This document shows, piece by piece, positions 27,428 to 37,382 of a stretch of 64,000 nucleotides of DNA. The first letter of the stretch is position 1. Each line of letters opens with the position of its first letter. A model generated the notes under the pieces. It was not told the DNA's origin. It did not search any database and saw only the letters and a program-made list of their open reading frames with translations. A program made the position numbers and the translations under genes. Source of the stretch: Piromyces finnis finn (taxonomy: Eukaryota; Fungi; Neocallimastigomycota); assembly GCA_002104945.1 (NCBI GenBank), contig MCFH01000012.1, positions 806,001 through 870,000 on the forward strand, in the 5' to 3' direction.

Positions 27428-28374
27428 ACTTCACAAACTAAAACAATAAAATGCTCACCACTATAAATAAAATTATTGTTAAACATTGAAAATAAATTCA
27501 AACAAAGAAAACCCCTGTATAGCAATTCCTTTTTTAAAATTCAACTATATAATTTATTTATATTTATGAATCATTTATTAAAAAAAACTTTGTTGAAAAA
27601 ATATTTCTATTTAATAATATTCTTTTAATATATAAAAAAATTATCAAATTCATTAATTGATATTTGGTTATTAAATTTATTATACGTTGAACATTTCATC
27701 AAAACAGGTTTCTAGTAACATTATTTTCAACAAATGCAAAAAGTGCATATCCAAAGTAGCAATTATTAGCCTTCATTGTTTTATTTTTTTTTAGTAGTAT
27801 TAATAATTAATTGTTGATTTTTTTTTTTTTCTTATTCAATTGTTGAAATATAATTATATGTGATATTAATTTTTCTCTTTGCATAATAAAAAGGTTTAAT
27901 ATTTTGTAATTTTTTTTAATTAATAATATATAAAAACGCTTCTATATTTTTCTTTAACTAATAAAAAGCAAGCACCAATTCCAAATTCAGCAACAACATT
28001 AATTAAATTGTTTCTTATAACTCTATACTATATACGACTCTTTAAAACTAAATATATGTATATAAATTATTATTAATATTTTTGGAATAAAAAGTTCATT
28101 CAAGCTTTCCTAATATTAAACTTACAGATAGATTTAATGGTATATTTAATTTTATCATAAAAATTAAGTTAAAAAAAAAAACAAGAACGAATACTTTTTT
28201 AACTTTTAAATACTTTTTTTTATTATTCTTTTGTTTTTATATTTTCAATCATCAAATTATTAAAAAAAACATCCATTTAAAAAATTTATTTACTTGTTTA
28301 TTTTAAATTTTTTAAAATATAAAAACAGACTTTCAAAAAAGAAAGGCCTTTTTATTTTTCTGTTTAAACGTATA

Positions 28375-28378
<4 letters not shown>

Positions 28379-28437
<59 letters not shown>
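28379..28437. repeat. (TAT)n microsatellite
   Basis: About 19 tat units; this explains the poly-Tyr ORF 28294-28476. Confidence 0.9.
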
Positions 28438-29061
28438 CTTAGTTTATTATGTATCTGTCTATATGTATGTATATAAAATAATTATTTAATTTTTATATAT
28501 TTTATAGATGTTCAGTTCAGTTCTATGTACTATTTGTATCTAGCGTTTTATTCAATACTTATCATAGTAGTAGGTACTGCTGAAAATATGCTTTGAAGTA
28601 GAATTTGTCTAGTATCATGTAGAATCACATTTAATATAATATACTGTAAATTCGATCAATTTTATGCATTATATCACATATCTCTAATATATTTAATTAT
28701 AAAGTTTATTTTATCTGTTTTAATTTAATTAAATATTCGGAAATTTTTAATAATAATTAATTTAAAAAAATGTCAAAATAAAAATTTATAATTTATTATT
28801 AATTTAAATTCAATATTAATAATATATCATTTTATTAATAATTTAAGTTTTAGTTGATATTTAAATATAATTTCTTTATAATGATTGGTTTTTAATATTC
28901 CGTCCATTCATAAAAACTAGTTACACAAATTCTATTGAATTAAACACCCACTTTACTTCCATATAATAGTAAAAGTATATTTTTTTTTTTCATTCGTTTT
29001 ATTTTATTTTATTCTTAACTTTGTTTCTTTTCTAATTAATAATAAATATTATAATTATTAT

Positions 29062-29470
29062 AGAAAAAGGTTTTTCAAAAAATGATATGGCAACCCATAT
29101 TATAAACTATATTTTTAATTATATTGATAATTTTGACACTTTTACTTTCTTAATTTAAATAAAGAAAATAATATGGAAAATGAAGAACTCAAAAATATTT
29201 CTTTTATTTCAGATGTTATATCACAAAATTTTTATTGTTCCATAAACGAAAATGAGTATAATAAAAATGGATTTAAAAAAGCTATGTATTATCAAATAAT
29301 TTTTATGAACACTAAAAGAAAATACATGATATGAAAGTGAAAATAAAAAAAAAAAAAAAAAAAAAAAAAAACCAAAATATTAAATTTAATGTTTATAAAC
29401 TTAAACTTGAAGATATAAATTATAATCACTTGGTTCATTTCAAAAGATTTTTTATTTATTGATAAATCTT
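29062..29470 (+). pseudogene. Decayed partial copy of the orphan ORF at 31414
   Basis: Near-identical block aatgatatggcaacccatattataaactatatttttaattatattgataattttga, followed by gaagaactcaaaaatatttct...tcagatgttatatcacaaaa, gatatgaaagtg and aaacttgaagatata. Internal deletions, frameshifts and stops. Confidence 0.85.
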
Positions 29471-31413
29471 TTAAAAAAATAAAAGAATATATATATTTAT
29501 ATAATATATAATAAATAACCATAAAAATACATAATCCTTAAAAAACAATAGGATGAAATAAAATCAAAAAGTATATTTAATCCCAAAATGATATTAATTT
29601 ATTCAAGCTATAAGTCATTTAAATAATAATAAAGATAGTCTACAATATTTAATATTATATAAAGGATGTAAAACCTAAAAGAACATTCATGATAAACAAG
29701 ATGGTATAACATCATCCTTTAAGAAAAAAAGTTTCTATTGTATGCATTTTGTTAAAGTACGCATTATATAGTTCGAGAGTACTATTCTTAAGCATCAAAT
29801 ATATATTCTTATTATATATATATAAACTAATTATTTTGATAGTTTTATAAATGACAGAGTAAAATATTTTTTTTATAAAAATTATATTAGTAAATAATAG
29901 AAATTTTAACAATAAAAATTATATTTATTATAAAAAAAATTAAATATAATTAGATTTGAGGAAAGTAATAACATAATTCACACATGTTCAAAGTTTGTGA
30001 ATAATAGTTTATAGTAATATCTTTTGACACATTTTATAGTATTTAAATTTCTATTAATTAATTCAAATGATATTTTAGATGATAGAAGTACTTATAAATA
30101 GAATTACTACAATTTATTAATAGAGTTAAAGTATGTGTAAAATTCCAAATTGAGTTTTCTAATAATTGATATTATTGATATTTCAATTAATATTTTTAAC
30201 ATTATATATTAAATTAGTAATAATATTAATAAACATCATTATAGTAACAAAAAATAAATATCTGTACTTTATTTAAAAAAAAAAAAAAGTTAATTTATGG
30301 GTGTATAACTCTATAATAAGAAAAATAATTTTTTAAAGAAATAATACTTAATAAATTTTGTGTTCACTTATTGAGCAAAAAGAAGAATTTATTATTTAAA
30401 TCATTATTATTTTATCAAGAAAAACTTTAAGTATTTTACTTTTATGATACATAAATTATATCAAAAAAAAAAAAATAATAATAATAATAATAATAATAAT
30501 ATATTTTTAAATACCTTTATATTTTTAATTTATTAAAGTATATGAATTAAACAATACATTAATTTATACTTGTGAAAACATTGCTAATTACGAGGATAAA
30601 GAAAAGTTTATTTACTCTTATAGAGATCCTCACATAAGAATTAAAGAGTACATTTTAAATATTAAAGATGATTCTTATATTAACATTTGCTCTTATCTTA
30701 TCATTTATAAATTTTAATTAATAAAAAAAAAAGAGTATAAAGAAATTAAATAACCTGTTATTAAATTTCATTTGTAGATATAATAGAAAAAAATAATATA
30801 CACACACATACATACAAACACATACACTTCCGCTTTATTGAAATAACAAAATATTTAAATTTTTGATTTATATTTTATATGTCCAAATATGAATTATATG
30901 AATTGATTGGGTTTTAATTTTCCTGCTCATTAATTAAAAAAAAAAAAATGGATGTCTTTAAAATTAATAAAGAATTTTAAAATTCACTTTATGGCAAAAA
31001 ATAAAAAAATAAAAAATAAATAAAAAAATGGATGTAAAAACTTGAACCAAACAAAAAAGATGAATCGTATTACAAGATAATGAAGAAAAGTAATTTAAAT
31101 ATACAAAAAATGTAAATTACTATTTTCATAATTTTCATTATTGGTTATTACGATATTTTTTTTTTTTTTTTTTTACAGTTCAAATTGGAACAAAATTGAA
31201 AAGAAAAAAAAAAAAGACATATTAAAAAAGACATATTTTTCCATTGTACCCCTATTTAATTTTATGTCTTCACATCTCAATCTGTTACGTCCATTTATTA
31301 ATTACTTTTTTTTTTTATAAAAATTGTAAAGTTTTCTTTTTTTTTTTTTTTTTTTCATTCTATTTTATTCTTAATTTCGTTTCTTTTTTTAATTAATAAT
31401 AACTATTATAATA

Positions 31414-32733
31414 ATGATGAAAGAAGGTTTTTCCGAAAATGATATGGCAACCCATATTATAAACTATATTTTTAATTATATTGATAATTTTGATACTTTT
31501 ACAAAGAATAATAAATATTACTGTTGTAATTATAATTTAAATAACGATGATAGTATAGAAAATAAGGAAGAACTCAAAAATATTTCTTTAATTTCAGATG
31601 TTATATCACAAAAACTTAATTTTCACACGAACGAAAATAAAGATAATAGATTTATAAAAGTTATGTATTACAAAGAACCTTCTTTAAAGTCATTTAAAGG
31701 ATCAAAATTTTTACTTAAAGGTATTTCAAAAAATAATGAGTTATTCATTGTATCCTCAAAGAGTTTTCCTGAACACTGCAAAAAAATAAATGATATGAAA
31801 GAATACTGTAATAAATTACATAATATGAAAGTGGATATAGAAAATATGAAAATAGATACCAAATCAAAGAGTATGAAAAAGGAAATAAAAATGAAAGAAG
31901 AAGAATTAAAAAAAAAAGATATCAAATTTGATGTTCATAAACTTGAACTTCAAGATATACATTACAATGACTTGGAGTATTTTGAAAACAAATTTATATA
32001 TAATGATAAAAAAAAAGAAAATAATAGAATCTTCTGTATTGTTTTAACCTCTAAAGATGGAAATATCCTTAATATTTCCGATTTCTTTTCCATAGTTAGC
32101 AGTAAGCAATTATATAAAGCAAAAGATGCTATTATTAAATTTAGTTTTTTAGACTTTGTTTTAGAAGAAGAAAACGATTTAAATTATTATTTACGATCAT
32201 TTTTTGAGGCTCACCGTTTCAAAGATCACTTCCTTTTCAGAATTAATTTTTATGGAGCAGAAAATTCTACTGAAAATGAAGATGAAATTAACAATATTGA
32301 AAAAGAAATAATAAGATATTTGAATGACTCTCAAAACCAGGATGGTTCAACTATCAAAAATGATTCTGTTTCAAAAGAAATGTCAAATAATAATGAAGAA
32401 GCCAATAGCAATATGAATGAATGCCAACAAAATTTAAACACTAATTTATATGAAGCGTTTTATGGCATTTCATCTAATGAATTAAATACCAACAATTTTA
32501 TTGCTGATAGTAATATTGGATATAACAATATAAATAATAATTATAATTTTAATAATATTGGATATAATAATATAAATAATAATTATAATTTTAATAATAT
32601 GGAATATAATAATGTAAATAATAATTATAATTTTAATAATATGGGATATAATAACAATCCATTAGATTTATTTCAATCGGATTATATTCAAAACTACCTC
32701 AATTTATATAATAATAGCAATAATTTTTATTAA
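31414..32733 (+). CDS. Intronless orphan protein (439 aa) with Asn/Tyr-rich repeated C-terminus
   Basis: 1320-nt uninterrupted ORF in ~80% AT DNA, far beyond chance length. A local decayed paralog exists. No family recognised. Confidence 0.75.
   Translation: MMKEGFSENDMATHIINYIFNYIDNFDTFTKNNKYYCCNYNLNNDDSIENKEELKNISLISDVISQKLNFHTNENKDNRFIKVMYYKEPSLKSFKGSKFLLKGISKNNELFIVSSKSFPEHCKKINDMKEYCNKLHNMKVDIENMKIDTKSKSMKKEIKMKEEELKKKDIKFDVHKLELQDIHYNDLEYFENKFIYNDKKKENNRIFCIVLTSKDGNILNISDFFSIVSSKQLYKAKDAIIKFSFLDFVLEEENDLNYYLRSFFEAHRFKDHFLFRINFYGAENSTENEDEINNIEKEIIRYLNDSQNQDGSTIKNDSVSKEMSNNNEEANSNMNECQQNLNTNLYEAFYGISSNELNTNNFIADSNIGYNNINNNYNFNNIGYNNINNNYNFNNMEYNNVNNNYNFNNMGYNNNPLDLFQSDYIQNYLNLYNNSNNFY
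32512..32655 (+). repeat. 42-bp coding tandem repeat (~3.4 units; N[IM][GE]YNN[IV]NNNYNFN)
   Basis: Unit starts at 32512, 32554, 32596 and 32638. Confidence 0.9.
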
Positions 32734-32883
32734 AAAAAATATAGTAAAATTAAATAACTACAGGAATATAAATAATATAGGTGAATTTATAAAAAATAAG
32801 AATTTATATATTCACATTAAAATTGAATTATTGTAATTGGTAATTTTTTTTGTTTTTTTTTTAAACATTTTATAAATTCTTTT

Positions 32884-32977
32884 TCATTATTGTTTCAGTA
32901 AAATTCCAGTGATATATACTTTTTTATATATTTTTTATCATTATTGTTTCAGTAAAATTTCAATGATATATACTTTT
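32884..32977. repeat. 54-bp tandem duplication
   Basis: tcattattgtttcagtaaaatt(c/t)ca(g/a)tgatatatacttttt starts at 32884 and at 32938. Confidence 0.85.
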
Positions 32978-33408
32978 TCATATATTTAAGTTGTTTAATA
33001 AATTTTATATATATATATTTTCGAATTATTTTCGAATTATTTAATAAAACAATATCATTTTGAATTTTGAATTTCAATTGTTTTATATTTTAATCATTTT
33101 ATCAATATATATTAAATTGAAAATAAAATATATCTAATTTCATTAATATTTATTAAAGAAATATATTATTTTAAAAATGTTCATTATTGTATTGCAATCA
33201 TTCATAATATTGTAATGTTATTATTTTAAATTTTCTATTCCATCTTTATGAATTTTTCTATTTTAGCAATATTATCCTTATAGCATTCTTGAAGATTATT
33301 ACACACAACTTTCTTAACAATCATTTCATAATTTCATTATGTTTTAACCTTTTCTGAATTTAATTTAAGATATAGTATACAAGCAGTTGCACTGTATATA
33401 TACAAATG

Positions 33409-33442
<34 letters not shown>

Positions 33443-33542
33443 CTGCTAGAATATTTGATTATGATTTTTATTTTGATTAATTTTATTGATATTAGAATAT
33501 ATTACCAACCAGTATCATTATTCAATATTAAATTGATCTAAC

Positions 33543-33837
33543 ACATAACCCTACATTTCCAATTACAATTAAAGGGTTTACGTATTAGAATGTATATTAT
33601 TCACGTATACATTATATTTTTTTTAATTTAAATTTTAAAAATGTATACATTATTTTTTTAAATTTTTTTTATGCTTTTTTTCAATAGTTTTAATTAATAT
33701 TTTTAATTTATTATGAAATTATGATTAATTTTTTTTTTTTTGAAATTTGTTAATATTAAAATTTTAAATTTTTAAATTTTAAATCCAATCATGATCATTG
33801 AATTTTATCCAATAAATTATTGGTTCAATAGTCAACC

Positions 33838-33870
<33 letters not shown>

Positions 33871-33880
33871 AAAATCTTTG
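33543..33880. repeat. Direct repeat copy B (~330 bp), immediately upstream of NSR1
   Basis: Colinear with 26600-26935. Ends about 80 bp before the NSR1 ATG and contains ccaatc and ccaataaattattgg. Confidence 0.8.
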
Positions 33881-33956
33881 CAATTCAGCAAAAATTTAAA
33901 AAAAATCTATTAATAAAAATTTATATTTATTTTATTAAATAATAAAAATATCTAAA

Positions 33957-35260
33957 ATGTCTGTCGAAGAAGAAAAGATTGAAGAAGTAAATGTTTAAAA
34001 AAAAAAGAATTATAAATTAAACAAAGATTATTTGAAAAGAAAATTAAAAAAAAAAAAAAAAAATTAAGAAATAAAATCTTGATATGCTAACCAATTTTGT
34101 ATATATATATTTTTATATCATTAAAAATCAATATTTTAAATTTTAATCTTTAATAATAGAGTAAGTATTTAGATAAATAATAATTAATAAAAATAAAAAT
34201 CATTTCAAAATTAAAAAAAATATATATGAAGAAAAAGTATTTATAAAGAAATTTTCAATTTTTTATTGTATAAAAATAATTAGCTCAAGTCATGGACGTT
34301 GACGTTGAAAAGAAGGAAAAGAAGGAAAAGAAGAGTAAGAAGGAAAAGAAGGAAAAGAAGGAAAAGAAAGAAAAAAAGGAAAAGAAAGAAAAGAAGGATA
34401 AAAAGGATAAGAAGAGTAAGAAGGAAAAGAAAGAAAAGAAGGAAAAGAAGAGAAAGTTAGAAGAAGAAGAAGAAACTGAAGCTAAGAAGCAAAAGACTGA
34501 AGAAACTTCTGAAGAAACTACTGAAGAATCAGTTGAAGAAACTAAGGAAGAAACTCAAGAAGAAAGTACCCAAGAAGAAAGTACCCAAGAAGAATCCACT
34601 GAAGCTGCTAAGGAACCAGCTACTATTTTCGTTGGTAACCTTTCTTACAACATGACTGAAGATTGGTTAGCTGAAGAATTCGGTGTTGTTGGTGAAGTTG
34701 TTGGTGCTAGAATTATTACTGACAGAGAATCTGGTCGTTCTAAGGGTTACGGTTACGTTGATTTCGCTGATAAGGCTACTGCTGAAAAGGCTGTTAAGGA
34801 ATACAACGGTAAGGAACTCGATGGTCGTGAAGTTAGATTAGATTTCGCTAACTCTCCAAACAAGACCAGCAAGCCAAAGAAGAACTACGATAACAAGCCA
34901 AGAAGTGCTCCAAGTAAGACTGTTTTCATTGGTAACTTAAGTTGGAACACCACTGAACAAGCTTTATCTGATTTATTCAATGAATACGGTAATGTTGTTT
35001 CTATTCGTATTCCAACCGAAAAGGAAACTGGTAGAAAGAAGGGTTTCGGTTACGTTGAATTCGATGAAGTTGATGCCGCTACTAAGGCTCTTGAACTTTC
35101 TGGTACTGAAGTTGATGGTCGTGCTATTCGTTTAGATTACGCTCCAGAAAGAAACAACCAAGGTGGTAACGGTGGTAACCGCGGTAACAGTCGTGGTGGT
35201 AACAGATTCAGTCGTCCAGCTGCTCCAAAGCCACAAGGTCAAAAGATTACTTTTGATTAA
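33957..35260 (+). CDS. NSR1: Nucleolin-like protein Nsr1/Gar2 (two RRMs)
   Basis: KKE-repeat/acidic N-terminus; RRM1 (TIFVGNLSY...RSKGYGYVDF); RRM2 (TVFIGNLSW...KKGFGYVEF); G/R/N tail ending GQKITFD. Proposed exons 33957-33986, 34160 (1 nt) and 34284-35260. Confidence 0.92.
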
Positions 35261-35920
35261 GCAATTTAATTAATAGATATCTAGATAGAAATTATTTTTA
35301 TAATATAAGCTTTTTTTTGTTTACACATATCACTATTGATATATATCCAACACATAAAAGAATAATTATATAACAAAAATAATTATTAAGATCCTCAATT
35401 TTAAATATATTTTAGATATTTTATATTTAACAAAATTCATGCAACAGATAACCACATTTTTTTAATATTTAAAAAACCAATTATTTATTTATAAATTTAA
35501 ATAGTATATGATATATACTTGATCATCGTTTAATTTATTAATAGATTTTTATTATAAGTTTTTTTTTATATATAACTAAATCCATTATTAGAAGCAAAAA
35601 AAAAATGAAATATTTTTAAACCAAATATTTTATTAAATTCTAATAAAATAATATCATAAAATTTAAAAAAAAAATGCTTATAAAATGTGTAGGTGTGTGA
35701 TTAATTATAAAAGAAATTAAGTAGTAGCAATGTTTTAGTAAAAGATTTAGTAAAAGAATTTAAAGTTCATTTTTGTTAAAATGAGGTATAATCCTATAAA
35801 TTAAAAGCTTTCTTTAAGGAATAAAACTTGCAATCAAATTAAAAAGTAGATAGTACAAAAAACTTTAAAATTTTTCAAAAAATAAGATTTTTGAATTAAA
35901 GATCTTTACACTTTTACTAC

Positions 35921-36002
35921 TTTTTAAAAATCCTTCATTACATTTTTTCTTGAACACTTTCAACACTTTTTTAAAAATCCTTCATTACATTTTCCCTTGA
36001 AA
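35921..36002. repeat. ~46-bp tandem duplication
   Basis: ttttaaaaatccttcattacatttt..cttgaa occurs twice. Confidence 0.75.
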
Positions 36003-37382
36003 TTCAAATTTAAATTTTAAAAATAAAACTTTTTATAGCATATTCATAATTTTTTCTTTTTGGTAAAAAAACAAAAAAATCCTGATTCTTTAACCTTTTT
36101 TTAATGTTACCTTATATTAAATAGATTAAATTTTAATTAAATTTTAATTAAAAAAATAAAGCTTAATCAATAATATAAGGATAAACAATTTAAAATTTAA
36201 ATTGAAAAGGGAAGAATTTATGATATTTCATTCTTATCTATAAAATTAGAATAATATTTTATTTTTTTTTTTTTTTTATAATTTTTCTAGTTTATAATAA
36301 CTTTTCAGTATTTATTTTATATTAATTTTCAACAATGTATAATTATCATCTAAAAAGCGATGATAAAAATAGATAATAAAGAAACATTTTTATTTAATTT
36401 AAATTTCCATTATAGAAAAAAATTAAAGATATACAAAGTTATATAAATATTTTTAATATATTTTATAAATTAATTTTTAATGAATTATACCTTAATTTTA
36501 ATAAAAATTAAATTAATTTTTAATTTAAATATTTTTTTAATTTTCCGAACCTTAAAAAAGGTGGATTTATTTTTTTTTTTTTTTTTTTTTTTTTTGGAAT
36601 TAAATGTAATTTAATATTATTTTTAATATATACTATTATTAAAAATAACGATAATAAAATAATTTTTTATTACAATATACTAAAAAAAAAAAAAAAAGGG
36701 TTATTATCTTCATAGGTACTGTCATGGTTACTGTAAAAAAAAATGATAATAAATTTAGTTGAAATGAAAATGAAATAAAAAATCAAAATTATCCATTTTC
36801 CTTATTCAAAAAAAAAAAAAAAGAAATTTATATTTCTTTTTAATAACACCCATTCATTATAAAATAAAAAGATATTTTATTATATTTTATTTTATTTTTT
36901 TTTTTTTATTATTATTGTTGTTGTTGTATGTGTGTTTTATATTTATATATTGTTTATAAATTGATTTTGAATAAAAACTTTTGGTGGTATTATAAATATT
37001 AAATATTATTATTTTATACTAGTATTAATTGTTTGTTGAATTATTTTAAAAAAAAATTTATAATAATAAAAATTATATATATATATATTAAACTATTGGT
37101 AAAAAGTTTTGTTTTTTTCCATCATTCGTTTTAAACCTTTATAAATAATTAAAATTGAAAAAAAAAAAAGGAAAAGATAAAAAAAAAAAAAAAAAAAGAA
37201 TATTCGTTTAAATTTTTAATTATTATTATTATTTTTTTTTTTTTTTTTTTGTGTTGTATGGTTTTTTATTATTATTACTATTAGTATTATTTTTATTATT
37301 ATTATTAATATTATTATTATTTTTTATATTATATATTAAAAATATTTTTTTTAAAAAAAAAAAAAAAAGAAAAGAGAAATAA

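Noticed and set aside
27100-28200. Exon-like fragments on the minus strand (GIAIQGFSLFEFIFNV, INGGANIYNYCN, VVAEFGIGACF)
   Set aside because: I could not assemble a phase-consistent model or recognise a family; possibly a relic but unsupported.
33180-33400. Minus-strand frame ATACILYLKL...MIVKKVVCNNLQECYKD resembling a cyclin-fold fragment
   Set aside because: Too short and interrupted to distinguish from chance.
33987-34283. Stwintron (nested intron) reading of the NSR1 5' region
   Set aside because: Removing either intron first leaves A34160 in the mRNA, and no split donor or acceptor is recreated, so a 1-nt exon is the simpler reading.
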